Assembly: GCF_964213995.1 (NCBI RefSeq)
Contig: NC_135808.1
Coordinates: forward strand, 12,648,001-12,712,000
Reading direction: 5' to 3'
Length of the DNA: 64,000 bases
Source of the DNA: Mustelus asterias
Lineage: Eukaryota
Position numbers and translations under genes: made by a program. A model generated the notes under the pieces. The model had not been told where the DNA came from. It saw only the letters and a program-made list of their open reading frames with translations, and did no database searches. This document shows, in pieces, positions 50,199 to 61,324 of this stretch; the first letter of the stretch is position 1; every line of letters begins with the position of its first letter.

Positions 50199-50710
50199 AC
50201 GGGAATAGGATGCTCTCCCATTCCTGCAACTGTGTTCTGGAATTTTTCAGAAAGCTTCCAGTGAGTTTGTATGTCCTTTGTTGGTGCATGCTGTCTAACG
50301 ATTAGCTAACTGTAACAAATGAGATAAATGCCCTTTCTGAAAAGTATTAGTTACACTCCAGCAAGGTTCGTTTTTAACTTCGACTCATCCGAATGAGCAA
50401 CATGTTTTCTGAGTGTTTTTAATCCTCCCTGTACCAGTCAAACCTCACTTGTTCCAGATTCTTTGAGCTGTTTACAGTCCAAGTTTGGAACAATCATTTT
50501 GTCTCTCTCCTCTGATGGAAATCATAGAGTTATAACTTTTATTCCAGATAGCAGAGGAATTTACAGCAGTGCCATTTCATGACCTGGCACTAAATAGTAA
50601 TAATAATCAGGCTTTAAAACATTAAATCGTAATTGTTATGATGGGATACAGAATCCAGATTAAAGCCTTTCTGGTGTAAAGGGAGGCAAGATTTAAAACA
50701 ATTGGATCTG

Positions 50711-51098
50711 TACCTCTCCTTGGAAAGACGGAGAATGAGGGGAGATCTAATAGAGGTGTACAAGATTATGAAGGGTATAGATAGGGTGAACAGTGGGAAG
50801 CTTTTTCCCAGGTCGGAGGTGACGATCACGAGGGGTCACGGGCTCAAGCTGAGAGGGGCGAAGTATAACTCGGACATCAGAGGGACGTTTTTTACACAGA
50901 GGGCGGTGGGGGCCTGGAATGCGCTGCCAAGTAGGGTGGTGGAGGCAGGCACGCTGACATCGTTTAAGACTTACCTGGATAGTCACATGAGCAGCCTGGG
51001 AATGGAGGGATACAAACGATTGGTCTAGTTGGACCAAGGAGCGGCACAGGCTTGGAGGGCCGAAGGGCCTGTTTCCTGTGCTGTACTGTTCTTTGTTC
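50711..51098 (+). mobile_element. CR1 3' end fragment
   Basis: SLERRRMRGDLIEVYK; tail gttctttgttct. Confidence 0.88.
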
Positions 51099-51819
51099 TC
51101 AGGGCTTCCTTCTGTTTCAGGCCTATTGAGTTAATTCAGCTGAATATTATGTGTTTTGTAACGACTTTATGAGATGGAGAAAGAAGGATTTTGCAGCCAG
51201 TGGAGTCACTGTGGCAGGCAATTTGCATACAGTCAACTCCACAAACCGTAATGTGATCATGACCCGCTAATGTGTTATTTTAGTGCTGTTGATGGAGGAT
51301 AAACATTGGTCAGGACATCGGGGAGCATCCTTCTGTTCTTTGAAAAGTGCTAGTGACCCTTTTCCTGCCTGTGAGAGGAGTAAACAGCACCCAGTTTAAC
51401 ATCATGGGTGGAATTTTCCCAGAAAAATGTGAAGTGTCAAACGGGTGAGAGAGCCTCCTGTTTTCTCACCCATTTTTCCAGTGAGACAAGTAACAATAAT
51501 TTTACGGCACTGAGGGGTTGTAATGTGATTCCTGCCAGTAGCCGGAATGGGTGAAGCCTATTCACTCCAGGAAACCAACTGCAGACTGCTTGGGCACCAT
51601 TGTACAGGCGCGTTGATCTCCCAGTATACTGTGTCCACAGTGTACATGGTATACTGGGAGATCTGTCAAATGCCTCCAACCCCCATCGCTGACCTCCTGC
51701 CCCCAACAACCAGCCCCAACCCCTCCCCCTCCCCCGATGCAGATTTCTCCCCTCCCCCATCTTTTTTTTAAAAAGCTACAGCACAAACGCAGATTTCTCC
51801 CCTCCCCCATCTTTTTTTT

Positions 51820-52505
51820 AAAAAGCTACAGCACAAACAGGCCCTTCGGCCCACAAGTTGCACCGAACAATTTCCTTACCTTCTAGGCTCATCTATAACC
51901 CTCTATCTTACTAACCTCCATGAACCTATCCAAAAGTCTGTTAAAAGACTCAATCGAATCCACTTCTACCACCACTACCGACAGCCGATTCCACGCACCC
52001 ACTGAGTGAAAAACTTACCCCTAACATCTCCTCTATACCTACTCCCCATCACCCTAAACCTGTGGCCTCTCGTGACAACCATTTCAGCCCTGGGTAAAAG
52101 CCTCTGAGAATCCACTCTATCAATACCTCTCAACATCTTATACACCTCTATCAGGTCACCTCTCATCCTTCACCTCTCCAAGGAGAATAGACCTAGCTCT
52201 CTCAACCTATCCTCATAAGGCATACCACTTAATCCAGGCAACATCCTCGTAATTCTCCTCTACACCCGTTCTATGGCTTCCACATCCTTTCTGTAATGAG
52301 GCGACCAGAACTGGGCACAGTACTCCAGGTGGGGTCTGACCAGCGTCCTATACAGCTGCAGCATTATCTCCCGATTTCTAAACTCAATTCCTCTATTGAT
52401 GAAGGCCAGTATTCCATACGCCTTCTTAACCACAGCCTCTACCTGCGACGCTGCTTTGAGCGTCCTATGAACCCAGACCCCAAGATCCCTCTGTTCTTCC
52501 ACACT
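51820..52505 (-). mobile_element. CR1 3' fragment; its tail junction is tandemly duplicated (~51 bp, 51739-51838)
   Basis: ORFs 52260-52556 and 51975-52166. Confidence 0.85.
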
Positions 52506-53659
52506 GCAATCGGAGGTGCCATCTGTTAGGTGGCACCTCCGACTGCAGCACGCCAACGTTGCTGGTGTGTCAGTTGAGATTGTTATTTTAATTTATCATT
52601 TCTGATGCATGATTTGGTTGTTAACCTTGCAATTTTATTTGGTTTCGCAGTGAAGAGCTAATTTGGGCTTCCTTCTGACTTAGTTTCAGCTACCCTACTT
52701 TGAATTGCTTTCCTCCTTCTGCCCCATCAAGTGACTTCTCATCCTCAGTGATTTTAACCTCCATTTCAGTTCATCACATTCTGTCCTCTGAATTCAGTGC
52801 CCTCCTGTCCTCCCTTAATATCGTCCTCCATATAAATTGCCACATGGCTTTGCTACTATTTACCAATTACAGATGAGGAAGGCTATTTCAGATCATTCGT
52901 ATTATCTTCTATGTACATCCCTCTTCCTCATCCCATCGCTTAACATTCTTCCTTCCACGTCCATCCTGAGGGAGAAAACTTTAGTTTTCAATGTCTTTTA
53001 AATGGGCTGTGTTTGCTGCTGGTGCGTCCAGTGAATGAGGTGATTGGTTTTTGCACATGCGCAGACAAGTACGCCTGCAGATTGACATCAGCAATCTTGT
53101 GTTGCTAATGGATGCTGTGTTCTCAGTAGGTTTTATTTTACAAGCGCCAGTAACTTGATGCTGCAGGTACCGTGTCATTTCCAATTCAAGAACCAGTGAC
53201 GACCGCACATGCACCTTGCTGCACAAACAGCCATACATATAACCTTGCATGTGCTGCACTGGCTGCAAACACAGCCATGTGTATAATAGAACTGAAAACG
53301 TGTCACAGGAAGAGATAAAACTAAAAGGAAATCACCTGGGTGAAGATTACTATTGCATTTTATTCTGAACAAAATCATCCTTCCTGGTTCCAAAGTCCAC
53401 TCCCTAGGATGGTTAATTTAATTTTGAGGTAATGTTTCAAGTCTGGATGTCCAGAGCTGAGAACTGGAGCTCGGATGAGATTTATATTGTTGTGGGGGGT
53501 GGGGTTGAGCTGTAAAGGCTGGATAGAGGGACAGCAATAGATGGAGGCTATGAAGAGAATGACAAAGATGTTGTGCATAAAAAGACAAAGGAAATGGAAA
53601 TGGTGGTGATCATGGTGAAGAAGGGTGCTTGCTGATAGTGGCACATTAAGAGAACAGAA

Positions 53660-54205
53660 TGTGTTAGTGGCAGAACAAAGGTGAGCAGTGTATCGAAAGA
53701 CAACCTGGAACAAGGATCAAATGATCCTGGTGGGGTGGGGAGACGATGGTGAGAGAAAAATAGATGGAAGGTGGGATGAAAAGGGGAAGGAAAATTAAAC
53801 AATGGACAAAATAAAAATAAATAGATAGAAATAAAAATGGGGTGAAGGTGGAGGAGAGAGCTTCCAGTCTGAAGTTGTTGAACTCAATGTTAAGTGAGGC
53901 TAAGCAGAAGAGGAGCTGCTGTTCCTCCAATTGACGTTGGGTTTCACTGGAACATTGCAGCAGGCCAAGGATGGACCTGTGGACGTGAGAGCAGGATGGT
54001 CTGTTCAAATGGCAAGTGACAGAAGGACCAAGATGGTGTGTTGACGATGGCATTGCTGCAACTGCCTCAGTACTCAGACAACTGCCAATCTACAGATGCA
54101 ATTCTACAACTCATCTGCTTCATCCTGGACCACAATATCTTCACCTTCAACAACCAGTTCATCATCCAGACACACGGAACAGCCATGGGGACCAAATTCG
54201 CACCT
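53660..54205. mobile_element. Old Penelope-like relics
   Basis: Minus strand ETQRQLEEQQLLF...LNIEFNNFR; plus strand RT piece FTFNNQF..QTHGTAMGTKFAP. Confidence 0.65.
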
Positions 54206-54903
54206 CAAAAGATGCTTGAAATGAGAAATGAACTCTAACAAATATTATTCATTGGATACAAACTGGAAATTGTTTGACAATGCACAGAATGTTTCACCTT
54301 CAATGACTGTGCTAGGACATCCAGTTGTCAATGCCCAACTCTCTGGTTTGGCTTATGTGACGACGAAGATAACTGAGTCGGCTTACAATGTTCCACAAAG
54401 TAGTTCATGGTTAAGTTACGATTGATATCCCACATTTCAAATAAGTAACCCATTGCAAATAAGAAAACACCAACACCAGCCTCTGCAGTGCCATACACAA
54501 TCATCTGTACAACTTCATACCAAATATCAGAAGAGACTACAAAAAATTTCACCTCCCCTCCAGGAAAAACTAACCAAGCACTTTACAGGCACAGACATGG
54601 AAAGGGGGAAACAAGCTAAGATGCAGCATGGATATCATACCATTTCACGGAAATTATGTAGCATAGCGACGTATAGATATTATTCTGAGATTGAGAACCC
54701 ATTGTGAACAGATTGGGGAAAGAGGTAGATTTAGCAAAATGAGCAATGAGAAAAATTAATTCAGATAGAGAGATGCAAATGTAACCACCAGAAACATTTC
54801 CCCTCTCACTTTTTTTATGCACAAACCTTTATTTGCTACACGATATCTTTGCAATGTTGAATAGTGATTTAGATGGAGAGTAGAACACTTCCTTACGTGG
54901 TTT

Positions 54904-55164
54904 TAAAGTTTTTATTTATTAGTCACAAGTAAGGCTTACATTAACACTGCAATGGAAATACTGTGATATTCCCCTAGTCGCCACAGTCCGGCACCAATAC
55001 ACCTGACCAGCATATCTTTCGAACTGTGGGAGGAAATCGGAGCACCCGGAGGAAACCCACACAGACACGGGGAGAACGTGCAAACTCCACACAGACAGTG
55101 ACCCAAGGCAGGAATCGAACCCGGGTCCCTGGCGCTGCGAGGCAGCAGTGCTAACCACCGTGCC
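54904..55164 (-). mobile_element. tRNA SINE (alternative-tail subfamily)
   Basis: Head ggcacggtggttagcactgctgcc, B-box gggttcgattcc, tail tgtgactaataaataaaaacttt. Confidence 0.85.
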
Positions 55165-56469
55165 ATAAATGGTCTAGCCAAGGATGGATTGTTAAACCAG
55201 CCAGTTGTTCTGGGAAAAAGTCACTGCAGTTTAACATTAGGGACAATGACTAAGCACTTGGACAAATATGGTTTCAGACTTAAGAATAGCCAGGAATAGG
55301 ATGGACAGTAGAGTAACAGGTCATTCTGCCCATCCAGTCCAAGTGAGTTTTTATGTTCCACGTGAGCCTCCTCCCACTATTCCTCATCTAAATCTACCAT
55401 CGTAATCCTCAAATCCTTTCTCTCTCACGTGCTTACTTAGCATCACTTTAAATGAATCCTTACCACTTTTCAACTCTGCCCTATGGTATCGAGTTCCTGA
55501 TTCTCAACAGTTTCTACTGAACTTCCTGTTAAATTTCTTGGTGACTATCTTGTATTGATGGCCTCTAGTTATGCCCTTCCTAACAAAAGAAAATGTTCAC
55601 TATCCATTCAAATTGAACTTTTCATCAACCTCAATTAGATCACTCTCACTTGCTAAACAGCATAAGTAGCAAGTAATAGAGCTCAGCAATTCCACAAGCA
55701 ATGGATCAGATCCAAGCTCCCCAGTCCTGTCACATCCAACCATGAATAGTGATGGAAAAGCAAATAACTTACTGAAAAGAAGCAGCTCCACAAATATGCC
55801 CAATGATAAGGGAACCCAGCACATTAGTGAGCAAAACCAAGGCTGAAGCATTTGCAACCACCTTCAGCCAGAAGTGCCAAGTGGATAATCATCCTTGGCT
55901 CCTTCCCGAGATCTCCAGAGTCACAGATGCCAATCAGCCAATTTGATTCCACAATATTCCCATCCTCAATGATGGAGGAGCCCATCAGTTCAAAAGATCA
56001 GACTGAAGCTTCACTAAACTCTTCAGCCTAATGTAACAAGTAGAAGATCCATCTCGGCCTCCTCTGGAGGTCCCCAGCACGACAGACATCAGTCTTCAGC
56101 TAACTTGATTCACTCCAAATGATATCAAGAAATGGCTCAAGGCACCAGATACTATAAATGACGATACTCTGGCAAAACTATTGAAGACTTGTGCTCCAGG
56201 ACTTGCTGCAAACCCCGCCAAGCTGTTCGAGTGGATTTTCCTCCGGGTGCTCGGTTTCTGAAAGACGTGCTGGTTAGGGTGCATTGGCCGTGTTCAATTC
56301 TCCCTCAGTGAACCTGAACAGGCACCGGAGTGTGGCGACTGGGGCATTTTCACAGTAACTCCACTGCAATGTTAATGTGAGCATACTTGTGACACTAATA
56401 AATAAACTTTAGACAACGTTCAGACAGTTGGGACATTTCATTTGACTGGAGAGCAAGGTACCAGAACAG

Positions 56470-56775
56470 GGCTTTATTTACCACGCGCGTGCGCATGTCT
56501 CACGCTTCCAAACGGTCAGCGCACGAGCGCAGCCTCCACGCAGTCCCTGATTGGACAATCGAATCCGGAGGCCAACATGACGTTGCACGTTGAACCAATC
56601 AGCGCAGCCCACGGCCGGCCCATTCATCAAAAGGAATCCCCACCGAGGGCGCGCGGCCGGGGTTACCTCCGGTCACGGTATTTGAGTTTTCAAACGACCA
56701 GTCCGACCGCCGAGCTGCAGCACTGCCGACAGAGAAGCCTCCTCCCCAGCCGGGCTCTGCAGATTGAGTGAGTGG
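56470..56775 (+). promoter_or_regulatory. CpG-island promoter-like module
   Basis: gcgcgtgcgcatg (NRF1-like), CCAAT boxes (ctgattgg, aaccaatcag), and a possible donor GTGAGT at 56768. Confidence 0.5.
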
Positions 56776-58684
56776 CACCCACAGGGCGGCCCTTACTCTG
56801 ACTGAACATTAGAAATTTCCTCCACAATTAGAAAAAACAGAAGTGGCTGGTTCCAACAGGTTCGTATTGGGAAAGAACAAACCCAGAGCAAATGCGGGGG
56901 TCACGACAGAAATTGTTGGAGAAACCCAGTCGGTTTGTCAGACCTGCTGAATTTCTCCAGCATTTCCTCCTCTTGTTTAAAGTTAAAGCTTATTTATTCG
57001 TCACAAGTAAGGCTTACATTAACACTGCAATGAGGTTACTGTGAAATTCCCCTAATCGCCACTGTCCAGCGCCTGTTCAGGTCAATGTACCTAACCAACA
57101 CGTCTTTCAGAATGTGGGAGAAAAGCGGAGCACCCAGAGGAAACCCACGCCGTCACGGGGAGAACGTGCAGACAGTGACCCAAGCTGGGAATCGTGAGGC
57201 AGCAGCACTGTGCCACCCCAGATTCCAGCATCTGCAGGATTATGCCCTTAGAAGGCAGCACAGTGGTGATCACAGCGCCGAGGACCCGGGTTCAATTCCT
57301 GGTTTGGGTCACTGTCTGTAAAACGTGCTGAGTTGCATACATTGGGCATGCTAAATTCTCCCTCAGTGTACCCAGAGTGTGGCAACTATGGGATTTTCAC
57401 AGTAACTTCATTGCCGTTAGTGTAAGCCCACTTGTGACACTAATAAATAAACTTTTAAAAAAAACTTTCACAAATGGGGGTATCTCACCATGGGTATATA
57501 TGTGTAAATCATTGAAGATGGCAGGAAGGTGCAGACGGTTTTACAACTTGATCTGTCCACTCCTCCTCCAAATCAGCTCCAACACAAGCCAAAGCAAAAG
57601 CTCTAAAGCCTTCGCGTGTACACATCACTGCAATCCCCAATTGGACGATCAAAGCCTGATGACAAAATGACACTGAAAGATGAACCAATCAAGGCAGTCC
57701 CATTCATCAAAAAAAACAAGGATGCATGGCTGCTGCAGGTTAGTCGACAAGGTTGAACTCTGGTCACAGTACTTTAAAATCATATTTAAATATTTCCAAT
57801 TTTGCATTTATCAGCCCGCCCCTCCTCCCACTGAGATCATCCACCTACCATTTTAAAATTGGTTCCCCATTTTATACCCTCATCTCCTATGTGATCAGCC
57901 TAGTCGACATGCTGAGTAAATACATGACAGTAAATCCAGGAGAAAAAAAAAAATCAATCTAATCTGCTAAACATGAAAGTCAAGGCAAACAGGTTATCAG
58001 GAGTTGTCCCTGACCAAGTGTTGCAGACTGGCACATTCCAAAGGGCAGGTCTATGCTGAGGGACACACTAAAGTTTGGGGCAGCTGCTGCAGAGGTGCAA
58101 TAGAGGCAGCCAGGAATGGCCGAGGAGTGGAATTGTATACAACCTGCTCAGGCTGTATGACTCACATTGAATGTATGCGGTGAATATTACACATGTCACA
58201 ATTATCTGTGAGTAACACGAGTGCAACATGATTTACACAGAAAACTGAAAAAACACCACCATTTGCAATATCCATTTTGAAATATCTAATGTTTCTTTAA
58301 CTGTATTGAAGAGTAATTGGAGGAGTGATACCACAGGAGGGATTCAAACACAAGTATGGAGGTCGCAAAATTCCCCAATCAGAACGGTGACACCAAAAGA
58401 GGGATTCAAACACAACAAACTGTAAAATTAATTTATTGCATTGAAGCACCTCAAGATGAAACCGAATGAACATAGCCCAGTCCATCACATAAATCAGCCG
58501 CCTGTCCACTGACTCCATCTGCACTTCCCGCTGCCTCAGAAAAGCAGCCAGCATAATCAAGGACCCCACACACCCCAGACATACTCTCTTCCATCCAGAA
58601 AAAGATACAAAAGTCTGAAGTCACACACCAACTGACTCAAGAACAGCTTCTTCCCTGCTGCCATCAGACTTTTAAATGGACCCC

Positions 58685-59481
58685 TGTTGTGGGAAAAATC
58701 CACTAGTCAGACTTCGAGATTCAGAAAATACGATTTATTAAACGGATCCGTGGAGACAAGGCACATGGTCTGTAGCAAACCTTCTCTCAATAGTATGTCG
58801 GGAGCGGTTCATTTTTATACTCTTTACACAATGGGCATACCGGTGATTCGAACATTATCACATTGTTTGAGTACAAGTATTTAACATTTTATGAATGGGT
58901 ACATTTCCCCATGTTTACAAGAGTACAGTAAGAAGTTTAACAACACCAGGTTAAAGTCCAACAGGTTTATTTGGTAGCAAAAGTGTGGCTTTTGCTCCCA
59001 AATAAACCTGTTGGACTTTAACCTGGTGTTGTTAAACTTCTTACTGTGTTTACCCCAGTCCAACGCCGGCATCTCCACTACAAGAGTACAAACAGGTATA
59101 GACATTTAGCATTTTATGAATGGGTACATTTCCTTGTGTCTGTCTATCAATGGCTAGTTTCGTCTTGTTCAGGTGCTAATCGGTTCCCTCGCATTCATAT
59201 TTCCCGCCTTCCTTTAACATTAATCTAAGCTCTTTGTTTTGGGGTTTCTTTATCTTAAAAGATGTTTTGACCCTTGGCGTTGGCTTCCTGAGGTGTTTGT
59301 TTGCTATGAGTCACTGTGATTTGGAAATGGCTTGTCTGTTAGGTTTTTCTGAACAGCAGGAGCCCGTGTCTGCTCTTTTGGCTTTCCCAGTTAACCCTTT
59401 ATGTGCCAGGCAGCCATTTTAGAGTGTGCTTTCTTGTATTGCCATTTTAGAGTGTGCACCCCTTGTATTTTCCCCTTTACA
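58685..59481 (-). mobile_element. Probable solo LTR
   Basis: TGTTGT...TTACA ends, flanks acccc/atccc, minus-strand AATAAA and TATAAA near the left end. Confidence 0.55.
58928..59078. mobile_element. Minimal Penelope-terminus palindrome lacking the hammerhead
   Basis: About 55-bp inverted arms; 12-bp TSD tacaagagtaca. Confidence 0.85.
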
Positions 59482-60146
59482 ATCCCCATATTTTATCTTA
59501 GTTTATCTAATATGGTTTATCTTTCTCTACCCGCTAGCTATGACTAATGCTACATTCTGCACCTTCTCCTTTCCTTCTCTATGTGCGGTATGCTTTGTCT
59601 GTATGGCACGCAAGAAACAATACTTTTCACTGTATACTAATACATGTGACAATAATAAAATCAAATCAAATGATGTGTGTGAAACTGAGTTCCAGATCAT
59701 GGCTCGCCCCTTCTGTTGCATCTGAATAAATAGAAGGCCGAGACCCTCATTCGTGCTTATGTTACATCTAAACTCGACAATTCCAATGCATTCCAGGCTG
59801 GTGTCACACACCCCCATATCTGTCTCTCGCCAGCATTTCTCGCTCTCTTGCTTTCTCCCCATATCTGTCTATCTCACTGTGGATTAACCATATCCATGTT
59901 TCAAGCACCAGAGCGTGACAACTCTTTGCAAGCTATGTATCGTATGATTTGCATAGCTAGCATGCAAAACAATACTTTTCCCTGTATTTTGGTACATGTG
60001 ACAATCATAAATTGAATCAAAAATGTTATTTGACCACAATCAAAGTCCATATCAGATACTATTCATATTCAAGAAATCTCATTTTAAAAATCAGAAGTGA
60101 CTGATTAGCTTTAGTCCAATGATTTGACTTGCAATTTTGGTCTCCA

Positions 60147-60745
60147 CATAGAGTCATAGAGGTTTATAGCATGGAAAAAGGCCCTTCGGCCCAACTTATC
60201 CATGCCGCCCTTTTTTGAAACCACTAGGCTAGTCCCAATTGCCTGCATTTGGCACATATCCTTCTATACCTATCTTACTGTCTAAATGCTTTTCAAAAGA
60301 CCAAATTGTACCCGCCTCTGGCAGCCTGTTCCAGACACTCACCACCCTCTGTGAAAGCATTCCTTTTGTATCTATCCCCTCTCACCTTAAATCTATGCCT
60401 TCCAGTTTTGGACTCCGCTACCTTTGGAAAAGGATGTTGACTATCGAGCTGATCTATGCTCCTCATTATTTTATAGACCTCTATAAGATCACCCTGCAGC
60501 CTCCTACGCACCAGGGAAAAAAGTCCCAGTCTATCCAGCCTCTCCATATCATTCAAACCATCAAGTCCCAGTAGCATCCTAGTAAATCTATTCTGCACTC
60601 TCCCCTAGTTTAATAATATCCTTTCTCTAATAGGGTGACCAAAACTGTACATAGTATTCCAAGTGTGGCCGTACCAATATCTTGTACAGCTTCAACAAAA
60701 CATCCCAACACCTGTATTCAATGTTCTGACCAATGAAACCAAGCA
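60147..60745 (-). mobile_element. CR1 3' fragment
   Basis: RFTRMLLGL...RRRLQGDLIEVYK. Confidence 0.85.
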
Positions 60746-61046
60746 GGCAAACTGCATCGAAGAGAGGACAGCAAGGACTCACTAAATTAATGGGATGAGC
60801 AGGGATCTGAAGATTTCACCCATCATTCTTAACTTCCTACAATCCATAGGATTTGACAACGAGATCAGTCTACTCATCCAAATTAACCTCAACAAAAGCC
60901 AAAAGGATAAGCCCCAAGCTCCAAAAGAATTACCACCGGGAGTATTATTGTTTTGCAAGACAGTTTGCCCTCAATGTTGCTTCAGAGCGATTCTCCCCCC
61001 CCCAATTCATACAAGTTCATTGATTTCCCCACTGATACTGAGAGCA

Positions 61047-61293
61047 ATGGCACAGTGATGAACACGACTGCCTCAGAGCATCAGGAGCCCGGGCTTCCCA
61101 GCTTGGGTCACTGCCTAAGGAGTTTGCACATTCTCCCTGTGTGAGCCTGCGTGAGTTTCTTCCGGGTGCTCCAGTTTCATCCCACAGTCCAAAAGGCGTG
61201 TTGGTTTGATGCTAATTTCTCCCTCAGTGTACCCGAACAGACGCCGGAGTGTGGCGACTAGAGGATTTTCACAGTAACTCCATTGCAGTGTTA
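61047..61293 (+). mobile_element. Degenerate tRNA SINE
   Basis: SINE core and body ctccctcagtgtacccgaacag. Confidence 0.7.
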
Positions 61294-61324
61294 ATTTGAG
61301 CCGACGTTGGGACATATCTTTTAG

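Larger units (their letters stand above)
58470..59670 (+). mobile_element. Rex1/Babar-clade LINE 3' end, interrupted by an LTR
   Basis: RCLRKAASIIKDPTHP...KNSFFPAAIRLLN; tail aataataaaatcaaatcaaa. Confidence 0.7.
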
